Shown: in pieces, positions 10,535-20,488 of the stretch
Numbering within the stretch: the first letter of the stretch is position 1
How the letters are laid out: every line of letters starts with the position of its first letter
Assembly: GCA_018650285.1 (NCBI GenBank)
Contig: JABIGF010000002.1
Location: 57,991 to 121,990 of the forward strand
Source of the DNA: Methanobacteriota archaeon
Lineage (GTDB): Archaea > Thermoplasmatota > Poseidoniia > Poseidoniales > Thalassarchaeaceae
DNA length: 64,000 nucleotides
Direction: 5' to 3'
The notes under the pieces: generated by a model
Database searches by the model: none
Told to the model about the DNA's origin: nothing
What the model saw: only the letters and a program-made list of their open reading frames with translations
Made by a program: the position numbers and the translations under genes

Positions 10535-10909
10535 ATGGAGCCAAAATCGCTACTCCTTGTTGCCGCAGGTGGAGCGTTTGGTGCAGCCGCTCGTTACGCC
10601 GTTTCTGAGTGGATCCCAGGGGAATTTCCTTGGAGTACATTAGCAGTCAATATCATTGGTTCTTTCCTTCTCGGTGTATTGATTGCTATGGCTCTCATCA
10701 ATGAACAAATCACCCCCGAAATTGTACTTCTTGTAGGCACTGGTGCATTAGGGGCATTTACTACAATGTCAACTCTTAGTGTTGATGTCATCCAACTTTT
10801 TGATACTGGCGACAAAATACCAGCTATTACCTATATTATGGCAAATTTCACCCTTTGCCCACTATTTGCTTTCATCGGCTGGCGTTATATTCCAATGATT
10901 ATCAGTTGA
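10535..10909 (+). CDS. crcB: Fluoride efflux channel CrcB/Fluc
   Basis: GGAFGAAARY, FPWSTLAVNIIGSF, GALGAFTTMST. Confidence 0.93.
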   Translation: MEPKSLLLVAAGGAFGAAARYAVSEWIPGEFPWSTLAVNIIGSFLLGVLIAMALINEQITPEIVLLVGTGALGAFTTMSTLSVDVIQLFDTGDKIPAITYIMANFTLCPLFAFIGWRYIPMIIS

Positions 10910-10938
10910 TGAATTTTGATTAACATCCTATCTAGACA

Positions 10939-11607
10939 TTAGGAATGATATCTTACTCGCCCACGAATTACATTGTAGCGAGCGATTACATCTGCAGCAG
11001 ATGCAGGGGGCAAGTCCGAACCGTTGTAGGGGAGGTCGTTAGCACTCTCATAGCCTTGAAACACCCAAGCCAAAGCATCTCCATATTCAGGGTGGCTAGC
11101 ACTCAAACACTCACTCAAGACTTGAAGGTCAAGGCCCATTCTCTCAACCTCTGTCGTCCACTGTGAAAGCCCAAAATCAATCAATGAAACACCTTGTTGC
11201 TCATCCCAAAGTATGTTGTTCGTTGTCAAATCTCCATGGACTGCACCAACGGAATGGAGTTGTCGGATATTGAATCCTACCTTTTTCATCAGCGATTCCA
11301 CATCGCTTTTGCCATCCCTCAATACATCAACAAGTTGTAACCCTAGCCTCAAAGATTGAACCATTATGCCACTACTCATTTCACATGCTAATAGCCGTGG
11401 AACTGGGAGGCTAGAACTAGAAAGGCGCGCAAGCATTTTTGCTTCAGATGACATCCTATGTGTGGTCAATCTACGATCAAGTGCAGGATTTCTATATGCT
11501 CTTGGGCGGCGGATTTTTCTGACTGCAGGAAGGCCGAGGAAACGGCCACTAGAAACTGCAGCCTCCGCCCCTACATGGATGAGTTGTTCCTCTTCCCACG
11601 CTAACAT
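10939..11607 (-). CDS. bud32: KEOPS complex kinase Bud32
   Basis: GAEA, K-R-x-x-R-x-YR...LD, VHGDLTTNN, LIDFGL, C-terminal RGRVRY. Confidence 0.9.
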   Translation of the reverse strand: MLAWEEEQLIHVGAEAAVSSGRFLGLPAVRKIRRPRAYRNPALDRRLTTHRMSSEAKMLARLSSSSLPVPRLLACEMSSGIMVQSLRLGLQLVDVLRDGKSDVESLMKKVGFNIRQLHSVGAVHGDLTTNNILWDEQQGVSLIDFGLSQWTTEVERMGLDLQVLSECLSASHPEYGDALAWVFQGYESANDLPYNGSDLPPASAADVIARYNVIRGRVRYHS

Positions 11608-11699
11608 TTTGCCACCACTGTGCCCTTCGGGCTAATATGCGGAGAATGGATGCATTCAAAGCGGTGGCGGCCACAGGAAGTAATCCCTGAGGTGGTTAA

Positions 11700-12842
11700 A
11701 TGCATAGCGTCTCGCTGCCCACTTGTTCAATTGATGATGCTGATTCTGACCTCTATCGTCAGAGAATTATTGCTGCAAAAAAGCAACTTGGTGACAAAGT
11801 GATGATTTTAGGACATCACTACCAACGTGATTCAATCATTGAACATGCTGATGAAACTGGAGATTCCTTCCTACTAGCAAGGAAAGCCGCTGACTCATCA
11901 GCCGAATCCATTGTATTCTGTGGGGTACACTTCATGGCCGAATCGGCGGATATCCTAACTTCTGACAAACAATCAGTTGTCATGCCAAATATCAGAGCCG
12001 GCTGTTCCATGGCAGACATGGCCGACCTGCCTGATGTGGAGGCTTGTTGGAATGAACTTCTCAACGAGTGCCAACTTAATGACCCTGCAACTCGAGAAAA
12101 CCCTGACAGCCCTGCACTCAAAGGTGAAGCTTACCTTGTCCCAGTCACTTACATGAACTCAAGTGCCGACCTCAAGGCATTCGTCGGTTACCACGGGGGT
12201 GTAGTATGCACGTCCTCCAATGCTGCTGGTGTTCTAGAATGGGCACTAGAGCGGGCAGGTGAAAACGGCAAAGTACTCTTCTTCCCAGATCAACACTTAG
12301 GTCGAAACACAGCCTTAGCAATGGGTTACCAAGATGACGATATTGCAGTATGGAACCCAATGCTAAAACCTGACTGGAATGATTTGAATTCCTCTAAGTT
12401 CGTGCTATGGCATGGTTACTGTTCGGTCCACCAACGTTTCACTGTTGAACAAATTGATGACTTACGAAAAGAAAATCCCGGTGCGCTAGTGATTGCTCAC
12501 CCCGAATGTGACCGAGCTGTCGTTGATGCTGCAGACGCATCAGGTTCAACTGAAATGATTCGCCGTTATGTTGCTGATGCACCAAGCGGTGCAGTTATCG
12601 GAGTAGGTACTGAAATCCACCTTGTCAAAAGATTGAACGCACAATATCTTGACAAAACGGTAGTTTGCTTAGACCCAGGTCTCTGTCCTTGCTCAACTAT
12701 GTACATGATTCATCCAGCGTTTTTGGCAGATGTTCTTGAGTCACTTGTAGCAGGAGAAATAACCAATCAAATTGTTGTCCCTAAGCAAATTGCTGAAGAT
12801 GCAATCTTAGCGCTCAATCGTATGCTTGCAATTACTGCTTGA
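11700..12842 (+). CDS. nadA: Quinolinate synthase NadA
   Basis: GHHYQ, GDS, FCGVHFMAE, AGCSMADMA, CSVH, AHPEC, CPCSTM. Confidence 0.95.
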   Translation: MHSVSLPTCSIDDADSDLYRQRIIAAKKQLGDKVMILGHHYQRDSIIEHADETGDSFLLARKAADSSAESIVFCGVHFMAESADILTSDKQSVVMPNIRAGCSMADMADLPDVEACWNELLNECQLNDPATRENPDSPALKGEAYLVPVTYMNSSADLKAFVGYHGGVVCTSSNAAGVLEWALERAGENGKVLFFPDQHLGRNTALAMGYQDDDIAVWNPMLKPDWNDLNSSKFVLWHGYCSVHQRFTVEQIDDLRKENPGALVIAHPECDRAVVDAADASGSTEMIRRYVADAPSGAVIGVGTEIHLVKRLNAQYLDKTVVCLDPGLCPCSTMYMIHPAFLADVLESLVAGEITNQIVVPKQIAEDAILALNRMLAITA

Positions 12843-12861
12843 ACAAGACCACTGAGAAATA

Positions 12862-14997
12862 CTACTCTTCTTCATCTGTTATTGATTCAGAGTTTTCTTT
12901 TTGTCTTTGAATCACCCATATCGTTAACAACGGAATCAAAGCAATGATTGCTACTTGCAATGTTTTTGATGAATATGGCTCAAACGTTTCCTCAAGACTG
13001 TAAATTATCACTTTGGGAGGTTCTTCGCCCCCACTATCCTGTAACCAAACGATGTACCCTTCCATCACCTGTGGTGTAGTCTGGTTAAACTCGTCTTCGG
13101 TATGAAGTTGATATGAACGGTTTTCTGAGATGATATGGTATTTGACATCCCAATCTAATTCAACAGTATTTGGGTCCATTGAATTGAGACCCCACTTATG
13201 TTGCCAAGCAATCACACCATGGCCAATTGATGGGTTTGCAACTGGGAAAAGTGGATCACCAATAATTCGCTGCTCCCCTGTGTCAAGATTCACCATAACT
13301 AGACGGGTGACTGCTGACAAATTTACTTCCGCGACAAGGTAATTTTTGTCAAAAGAGATACCTGTGATGCTTGCGTTGACATAGTCAACTACAGTGCCAG
13401 TGAGCGCTAATACTTGTTCATCCTTAGCCGAATCAACTGTTGCGTTTACTTCAACCGATAGCGTGTTTTGCACACCATCTAAAGAGAGAATATTTGCTGT
13501 CAATGGTGTGCTCTCTGTCACCCATGCTAGACTATTCTCCTCGCCATCAATGAGAATTACATCATCATCAGAGATTGGCATGAATACCTCGTGAGGCACA
13601 GTGCTCTGTAAGTTGATGACCACCCCGTCATCAATAGCGAATAACTTGGCAGGCATATCGTCCGAGTCATCAAGAAGGGCAAGGTCGGTGTAAAGAGGGC
13701 CTGTCGTTCTGCCGTCAGCATGAGTACTTGGATTTGAAAACTTAAGAGTGATTATTCTGTAACCTTGCCAAACAATCGCGTGATTCTTTGAAATTAGCAC
13801 TTCTGTTGAAGCATTCAATAGACCCCATTGGGATTGGTTTCCATTCTCATTCAAATAGAGGCTGTCATGGTAAGTTCTATCATTCTCAATATCAATAATG
13901 ACAGCACTCAAGTTACCGTCTTCGTCTGCATCAAGGGCCACCAACCATCCATCAGCACCTGCAGCCGCTTCTGGATAAGTTACTCCTTCTGCTGGGAAAT
14001 CTTGGTGAGCGGCATCATACAATAGAACGCTAGAAGTTGCGGCAAATAACAACATAATTACTGTTCCCGTTTGAGCTGCCGAGGGACGGCGCAACCAGCC
14101 AATGAAATCACCTATCCAACTAGACAGCACCCGCTTTGGATTATTCAAATCGGCTAGCAACCAAGCAAGGCGAGCATTGAATGTTCGTTCATCAAGTCGA
14201 TACCACAACCAAGCGTGAGTTCTATCGGCAATCGCTACTGCTAATGAAGCAACAATGATACCACCAACAATATCTGAAAACCAATGAATTCCAAGATAAA
14301 TAATGGCAAACCCTGTGACGACATTAAACCAACCAACAAAGATTCGATAATTGCGCCAACGATTATCTGAATCCCATCTATGAAGTCCCAACCAAACGGC
14401 AAATGGTACCCCAATATGGAGGCTAGGCATACCATTTGTAAAAGGGTCAATTCTTGTGAACCAAGTCTGGATTTCAGGAGTTAGATGGTAGGCCAAAGGC
14501 TCCATTGCTGGAATGTGGTCCCCTGTGACTCTTACATTGAAAAAGAGATAAAATGGTACTGCTAATGCATAGACAAAGAACATTGCTAATAGTACTCTAT
14601 CAGCCATCCAACGGTCATTAAAATAAACAAAATATAGTGATGCTGTATAGGTCAACAGCATATATCCTGCAACATAATAATGCGTTAGTACGAATGTCAA
14701 AACATCATTCTGGAAAGTCTGTTGAACCCATAATACTAGGTCACCTTCAATAGCATAAATGAATGGAGTCATGTCAAGGTGCGTGTTTGCCATTAGCATA
14801 CGGTCAACACCGTCTAAGATATCTTTCCACACATAGATACTGAATACAACTGCAAGGTGTATCCAATAGCGCCTAAACATGTCAACAAAACCGGCCAAAG
14901 TTGCCCGTTTTCCTGCTGGGCGAAATACCGGCATTAACAGGATCCCGCCAAGCAGAGATGCAGTCACCCAAGTGATGTAAACTCCTGTGCCGGCCAT
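12862..14997 (-). CDS. PAP2/AUR1 (IPC synthase-like) membrane phosphoesterase fused to a large C-terminal extracellular domain
   Basis: GMPSLH and YLGIHWFSD motifs within TM helices, then ~340 aa of acidic beta-rich sequence and a C-terminal TM. Confidence 0.8.
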   Translation of the reverse strand: MAGTGVYITWVTASLLGGILLMPVFRPAGKRATLAGFVDMFRRYWIHLAVVFSIYVWKDILDGVDRMLMANTHLDMTPFIYAIEGDLVLWVQQTFQNDVLTFVLTHYYVAGYMLLTYTASLYFVYFNDRWMADRVLLAMFFVYALAVPFYLFFNVRVTGDHIPAMEPLAYHLTPEIQTWFTRIDPFTNGMPSLHIGVPFAVWLGLHRWDSDNRWRNYRIFVGWFNVVTGFAIIYLGIHWFSDIVGGIIVASLAVAIADRTHAWLWYRLDERTFNARLAWLLADLNNPKRVLSSWIGDFIGWLRRPSAAQTGTVIMLLFAATSSVLLYDAAHQDFPAEGVTYPEAAAGADGWLVALDADEDGNLSAVIIDIENDRTYHDSLYLNENGNQSQWGLLNASTEVLISKNHAIVWQGYRIITLKFSNPSTHADGRTTGPLYTDLALLDDSDDMPAKLFAIDDGVVINLQSTVPHEVFMPISDDDVILIDGEENSLAWVTESTPLTANILSLDGVQNTLSVEVNATVDSAKDEQVLALTGTVVDYVNASITGISFDKNYLVAEVNLSAVTRLVMVNLDTGEQRIIGDPLFPVANPSIGHGVIAWQHKWGLNSMDPNTVELDWDVKYHIISENRSYQLHTEDEFNQTTPQVMEGYIVWLQDSGGEEPPKVIIYSLEETFEPYSSKTLQVAIIALIPLLTIWVIQRQKENSESITDEEE

Positions 14998-15146
14998 GAT
15001 GAATCACCTCTGCTGATACTATCGCTTTCAATGGGTTGGCTTTGTCAATTGCGATGAAAACTCCAGCCAACATAGTAACTAAGCAAAGAATGTCGCCTGC
15101 GGTAACGATACAATGATTCAAGAATGACAGCAATATCCCCCAGTCC

Positions 15147-16160
15147 ATGAGTGATTCTCCTGTATCTCACCATGAAGGTGGAACACCCCCTGAAAAAGCA
15201 GATGATGCTACGGATGAACAGACTGCTCAAATGGAGCAAGCCTACGCCCAAATGCGACGTAAATTGAGAATGACTCAACTCGCTGAAAACGTCAAACACA
15301 AAATAATGATTCTCTCTGGAAAAGGAGGGGTCGGGAAATCTACTGTCTCTACTGGACTTGCACTCGCCCTAGCACGGCAAGGGAAAAAAGTCGGCCTGAT
15401 GGATATTGACATCACTGGCCCAAATATTCCAAAAATGCTTGGAATTACTGGTTCAGAACTACGAGTTGAAGAAGGACAAATACATCCAGTTGAAGGACCT
15501 CACGGAATCAAAGTTATCTCTATGGCATTTCTACTAGAAGATGAAGACGCACCGGTAATTTGGAGAGGCCCGGTCAAATTAGGGGCAATTCAACAATTCA
15601 TCGGTGATGTTGCATGGGGTGATTTGGACGCACTCATTATTGACTTCCCTCCGGGCACATCTGATGAACCTCTTACTGTTGCTCAATCACTACCAGCAAT
15701 TGATGGAGTTGTAGTTGTAACAACACCTCAAGATGTTGCATTACTCGACAGCCGAAAATCAATCAACTTCGCAAAAACCCTGAAACTACCTTGCCTTGGA
15801 GTTGTTGAAAACATGAGCGGGTATACAATTCAGGGTAGTGCTGAACCAAAATCAAAACTGACTGTAAAAGGGCCACAAGGAGTCAACATTGATGTTGAAT
15901 CGGATGAGAATGGTGACTGGTCAGTAACCCTAGATTTGTTCAAGAGTGGAGGTGGAAAGAATGCGGCTAAGGAATTAGAAGTACCCTTCCTTGGCAAATT
16001 ACCATTTGACCCTGGCATTGTCAGAGGTGGCGATGATGGTGTTCACCGAATTGTCGCTGAGCCAGAAGGAGAATCGGCAAAGGCATTTGAAACCGTAGTC
16101 AACAATTTAATTACTCAATTAGAAGACAAAGAAGATAGTTCGGAACTCAAAATCCTCTGA
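15147..16160 (+). CDS. Mrp/NBP35 (ApbC-like) P-loop ATPase lacking the CxxC motif
   Basis: SGKGGVGKST, IWRGP, DFPPGTSD, VTTPQ, VENMS. Confidence 0.9.
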   Translation: MSDSPVSHHEGGTPPEKADDATDEQTAQMEQAYAQMRRKLRMTQLAENVKHKIMILSGKGGVGKSTVSTGLALALARQGKKVGLMDIDITGPNIPKMLGITGSELRVEEGQIHPVEGPHGIKVISMAFLLEDEDAPVIWRGPVKLGAIQQFIGDVAWGDLDALIIDFPPGTSDEPLTVAQSLPAIDGVVVVTTPQDVALLDSRKSINFAKTLKLPCLGVVENMSGYTIQGSAEPKSKLTVKGPQGVNIDVESDENGDWSVTLDLFKSGGGKNAAKELEVPFLGKLPFDPGIVRGGDDGVHRIVAEPEGESAKAFETVVNNLITQLEDKEDSSELKIL

Positions 16161-16197
16161 ATATTGAAACTAATAAATCACAGTTTGAACTGATGTT

Positions 16198-16989
16198 TCA
16201 AACAAGAGTGCCGCGGCGTTTGTCATATTCCTCAAACGCCTCAACCATTGACAAGCGACCTACAGCAACCGCTTGAGCCAACTCAATTGGTAAGGTAAGG
16301 CGCCCTTCACTTTCGCGACGTGACCTTCTTTGAACCTCCCTTACTTCACCTGTAGAAGGTTTGACTTTTCTTCTAGAAGTGACCTCTTCACCCTTTATCC
16401 TTGCAATTCGTGCTGCTGCTGCAGAATGTTCATGCCTGCCAACTCCGCTTGATGTTCTTCTCTCATCAACCATCTCAACTTTCAATCCTCTTGCTAGACA
16501 GACATTGGCTAACCGTGAACCGATTGTAGGAGAACCATCACCGATTCTGACTACTGCAATTGCGTGAGGAATTGAAGAGACTACTTGGCAGATTCTGTCA
16601 ACTGTTTCATCAACATTTTCCATCTGCTGGCTCCCCAATGGTCGGCCATCAGAGTTCCATGCAAGTCCTGGACGTGGGCCGGGGTCTACACCAAATGCCA
16701 ACACCCTAGTTGGGTGACGCTGAATTGCAATATGCAACGCTCTCTCAATACAGACTTCAACATCTGATATAGTGCATGCAATACCAGTGCCTACTTTGCT
16801 CACTGCCACTTCTTCTGGTGTACCAAGCCAAACAGATGAATCGGGTGGAAGTGGGGAATTTTCAGAAATTTGTATAAAATCGACGCCGCGTTTACGAAGA
16901 GATTTCATCAGCCTGTAGGCCAATTTGAAATCTGCTGTCCGAATAAGCAGTACTCCCACGGATAGTTGTGATACGGCGCCCTTAGTCAA
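16198..16989 (-). CDS. Hypothetical protein with RNase H-like (YqgF/RuvX-like) motifs
   Basis: FGVDPGPRPGLA, VDERRTS, HSAAAARIA. Confidence 0.6.
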   Translation of the reverse strand: MTKGAVSQLSVGVLLIRTADFKLAYRLMKSLRKRGVDFIQISENSPLPPDSSVWLGTPEEVAVSKVGTGIACTISDVEVCIERALHIAIQRHPTRVLAFGVDPGPRPGLAWNSDGRPLGSQQMENVDETVDRICQVVSSIPHAIAVVRIGDGSPTIGSRLANVCLARGLKVEMVDERRTSSGVGRHEHSAAAARIARIKGEEVTSRRKVKPSTGEVREVQRRSRRESEGRLTLPIELAQAVAVGRLSMVEAFEEYDKRRGTLV

Positions 16990-17096
16990 TCATTGCGGTC
17001 ATTGCTTCGGTAAAATATGCGATTATGATGAAAATGGGGCGCGAGATACCAAACACGCCGACATGGTCTTGAATGAATGAACAAGCGTGACTTCTG

Positions 17097-17756
17097 ATGG
17101 CATCACATTATGAGCGTGAACTGCGAGCAGTTCTAGTTGGCTCTCCGGATGGTGTCAGAGCTGTTACTCGCAGTTGTAGTGCTTCTGAAAAGGCGAAAGT
17201 TATGCAAGTAATTCGCCGTCCATTCTTGGTTGTCCGTGCTGCTGGTAGTGGGACTGCTGGTGCGGGTGATCTATTGGCAGTTCGTGGAGATATCTCTCTG
17301 CCGATTGAAGTCAAGACTACCAAAGACAAGAAAGTCTACCTCTCTGGACGTACATGGGAGCAGTATCTTGATTTGCAGAATGAAGGAGAGCGCTGTGGTT
17401 TGATGCCAATTTATGCTATGCGACTGAAAGGTGTCCGCGGAGACTCGTGGCGTATTTTCAAAGTTGAAACCAGTAAATTAACCGGTCCTGCATCAGTTAT
17501 TGCTAGGCGCGTACCATCCCTTCCCCTAACAAGAAATGGAAAGCCACACCTAGATTGGGACCAAGGTTTGCCCCTTCACAAATTCCTAGCATTGCTCTGC
17601 CGTGATGAAGAAAGTTATTCTCAAACTGCTGAAATTCTCCGTTCTAAAGCAACTGCATGGACTGAACAAGCCGAAGCGAGAAAAATTGAAGACGAAATAA
17701 TTGTGGCAAAGCAACAACAAGAACCTGAAGAGTGGATGAGGAAATTCCGACTCTAA
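17097..17756 (+). CDS. hjc: Archaeal Holliday junction resolvase (Hjc family) with C-terminal extension
   Basis: YEREL, VRAAGSG, GDLLA and IEVKT (PD-(D/E)XK motif). Confidence 0.85.
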   Translation: MASHYERELRAVLVGSPDGVRAVTRSCSASEKAKVMQVIRRPFLVVRAAGSGTAGAGDLLAVRGDISLPIEVKTTKDKKVYLSGRTWEQYLDLQNEGERCGLMPIYAMRLKGVRGDSWRIFKVETSKLTGPASVIARRVPSLPLTRNGKPHLDWDQGLPLHKFLALLCRDEESYSQTAEILRSKATAWTEQAEARKIEDEIIVAKQQQEPEEWMRKFRL

Positions 17757-17948
17757 TTATAATGGTGAATGAAACTCATTCTCAACTTCTTCCAACTCAA
17801 TTTGTTGACGATTAATTTCAGACGATAAACGCTTGAGTGATGCTTGGGTCAATAGTCGCTTTATCGCATCAACTTCTCGCTTCAAATCAGATAACCTGCG
17901 TTCAACACTGTGCGCCACTGGATTTTCCGGCTCCGGTGCTGTCATCAA
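17757..17948 (-). CDS. Small coiled-coil hypothetical protein
   Basis: SD-like AGGTGA just upstream of TTG-ATG; heptad-like sequence; fills the gap between two real genes. Confidence 0.55.
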   Translation of the reverse strand: MMTAPEPENPVAHSVERRLSDLKREVDAIKRLLTQASLKRLSSEINRQQIELEEVENEFHSPL

Positions 17949-18032
17949 TTCACCTTAGGTGCCTCTCACCTATGAGGACTATGCTTCCCTTTCAACGCGC
18001 AGGTTCAAAGCAAGCCGGCTTGAGCAACAGCC

Positions 18033-19520
18033 GTGAGCGAAGAGCAAGGGGGCAACTCGATACGCCCATTCATCTACATTGCAATTGCTAGTTTCATTGC
18101 TGCACAAATCCATTGGGCACTAGTTGGGATTGTTGTTTGGTACATCATTCTCAAACAACTAGAGGAGAAGGGAGTGCTAGACAAATGGAATGCATCACGT
18201 GTATTATGGGTTATTCTGATGGTCCGTACAAAACGAGGACACAAAACTCTAGAATTAGTCTCAAAACCTCGCCGTGCATGGCGCATTTTTGGTGAAATTG
18301 GACTTTGGACATGTCGTTTTGTTAGCACAATTGTTCTCGTTGTCTTTGTTCTAACATTTGTTATGACAATTTTGAATCCTGCTGAACTTGAACCGGCAAC
18401 TGCTTCTGAAATTATTCTAATCCCAGGCGTTTCACCAACTATTCCTTTGGTTTGGGGATTAATTGGCCTCATTGTGGCACTTGTTATTCATGAGTATGGC
18501 CACGGAATACTAACACGCGCACACGGCATGAGAGTCCGAAGTTTTGGGATGTTGATTCTTGGAGTTATTCCAATTGGCGCGTTTGCTGAACCTGAAGGAA
18601 GTGAAATTATGCGAGCACCTAGACGAGAAAGGCAGCGAGTTTTTGCTGCTGGGCCTGCCATCAACATTTACGGTGGACTTGTCTTTTTCATTATTTTAGC
18701 ACTTGTTGCGAACACCATGACGCCAGCAATAGCAGGCGTTCATGCTGAAGGAATTATTGAAGACATGCCTGCCAGCCAAGCAGGGTTACAACCTTGGGAA
18801 ATAATTACTCACGCTGATGGTATCGAGATGGAGGATAGAAGCCAATTTACTGCATTCCTAGATTCACATCATGCTGGCGACAACATTTCATTAACTGTCC
18901 TAACAACACCTAATGAAAATAGTGAACGGACTGAGAGAAACATCACAGTAACGCTCGCTGACCAATATCAATACCAAATTGAAAGAGGTAGTGACACTGA
19001 GATGCTCGCTGCTTACGGTATTGAAGAAGGTGATGCTTTTCTTGGAGTAATCGGCTTAGCATCAAACAATATAGGGGCTGAGCGAATTGCGGGGCCTATC
19101 GCGCCAAGTGCATCAAAGGAGGCGCTGCCACTCATCTTTGGATTTGCATCTCAGCCAATACAACTAATTTTCAGCCCAATTCAATACAAAGGCGAAATCA
19201 TGCATGAACAAGAATTGCAGATGCTAGATTGCGATACCTTCCTCGGATTTGAAGGAACAATGGTAATCATTCATGTTCTGTTTTGGATAACTTGGATGAA
19301 TGTGTTACTTGGCTTCGCTAATCTGATTCCATTGCTACCCTTTGATGGTGGCCACTTAATGCGTGATAGGATTCATGACTACTTTGAATTCTTTGCCAAA
19401 TTCAAGAGCAACTCACACCCAATGAATGTCAAGGCTGCCGCTCACAAACTCTCCGGCATGTCAAGTCTTATTCTATTTGGAATGATGATTCTAATCATCG
19501 TTTTACCAATGGTTATCTAA
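18033..19520 (+). CDS. Site-2 protease (M50) intramembrane metalloprotease with PDZ domain
   Basis: HEYGH, AAGP, PASQAGLQPWEII (PDZ-like), NLIPLLPFDGG. Confidence 0.92.
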   Translation: MSEEQGGNSIRPFIYIAIASFIAAQIHWALVGIVVWYIILKQLEEKGVLDKWNASRVLWVILMVRTKRGHKTLELVSKPRRAWRIFGEIGLWTCRFVSTIVLVVFVLTFVMTILNPAELEPATASEIILIPGVSPTIPLVWGLIGLIVALVIHEYGHGILTRAHGMRVRSFGMLILGVIPIGAFAEPEGSEIMRAPRRERQRVFAAGPAINIYGGLVFFIILALVANTMTPAIAGVHAEGIIEDMPASQAGLQPWEIITHADGIEMEDRSQFTAFLDSHHAGDNISLTVLTTPNENSERTERNITVTLADQYQYQIERGSDTEMLAAYGIEEGDAFLGVIGLASNNIGAERIAGPIAPSASKEALPLIFGFASQPIQLIFSPIQYKGEIMHEQELQMLDCDTFLGFEGTMVIIHVLFWITWMNVLLGFANLIPLLPFDGGHLMRDRIHDYFEFFAKFKSNSHPMNVKAAAHKLSGMSSLILFGMMILIIVLPMVI

Positions 19521-19531
19521 CCCTTGATCTG

Positions 19532-20473
19532 TTATTCTTCTTCATCAGATTTTTTTGATTCTTCAAGAGTTGCTTGAGCAATCTCAGGTGCCCCAATCAG
19601 TAACTTCTCAGTCCCCTGCTCAATCAAAAATGTCACTGCCAAGAGAGATATTGCACTAACACCTAACATTCGCCATGAATGGCCTGTCACCTCTGCTGCA
19701 TTAGAAGAAGCTGCCAATTTGACTGTACCTAGCCAAGGGATTTCAGCACCAGCAACCCCAACTACCCAATCTATCTGAACTGCTTGGACACGGTCACCAT
19801 TCTCATCAGTTAGACCGCCTGCAAGAGGATATGCCGTATTTCCTTGGTCAACATCACATCGGTTATGGTCTCCTAAAGTAAGATATCCTGCGTGTCCGGG
19901 GTCCCACTCTTGAACCATCAAACCATGAGGATTAGAAGGGCAATCCACTCCCTCAAATGACCAGTTAATGTGAGGTTGATTGCGCACGGTTGTACCTGGT
20001 GCATCCCATGTCAACACACATGTTCCCGCCTTCCCATCAGCGTCAATTGAAATTGGGTCCCAACTTCCTTCCGAACAAAGTTGTCTATCGCGATCACTAG
20101 GAGTCACAGTTCCATTTGCGACCGCTTCAAGAATAACTCTGTGAATAACCGGTGTATCAGATCCACCATTTTTCCGATAAATGATGACATCACCCCAGTT
20201 TCCATGCGATTCCCATCCTTCGTATAGTCCACCTTCTTCCATACCTTCTGCCATGCTTATGATTCTGGTTCTTCTATCAGTGGACATTACTAACACTAAA
20301 TCACCTGGGTCAATTGCTCCAACTTCGCCTTCTTCATCATGCATCATTGAAGATGATTCTACAACCACCATTGGGGGAAGAGAGCCGGTTACAGCCCACA
20401 ATCCGATAACTAAGAGGAGGATTAAACCAATGGCCAACATAGCCTCGCGAATCCAGCCGAGCGCTGTGGCCAT
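19532..20473 (-). CDS. Signal peptidase I, archaeal S26B/Sec11-type, with Cys-containing insertions
   Basis: VVESSSM (Ser), GDVIIY, VIHRV (His), TLGDHN, IPWLG. Confidence 0.85.
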   Translation of the reverse strand: MATALGWIREAMLAIGLILLLVIGLWAVTGSLPPMVVVESSSMMHDEEGEVGAIDPGDLVLVMSTDRRTRIISMAEGMEEGGLYEGWESHGNWGDVIIYRKNGGSDTPVIHRVILEAVANGTVTPSDRDRQLCSEGSWDPISIDADGKAGTCVLTWDAPGTTVRNQPHINWSFEGVDCPSNPHGLMVQEWDPGHAGYLTLGDHNRCDVDQGNTAYPLAGGLTDENGDRVQAVQIDWVVGVAGAEIPWLGTVKLAASSNAAEVTGHSWRMLGVSAISLLAVTFLIEQGTEKLLIGAPEIAQATLEESKKSDEEE

Positions 20474-20488
20474 TTCTTTCTGCCCCGA

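Noticed and set aside
9853..11607. rdgB-crcB-bud32 as a novel functional module
   Set aside because: bud32-rdgB linkage is common in archaea, and crcB on the opposite strand looks like a simple insertion.
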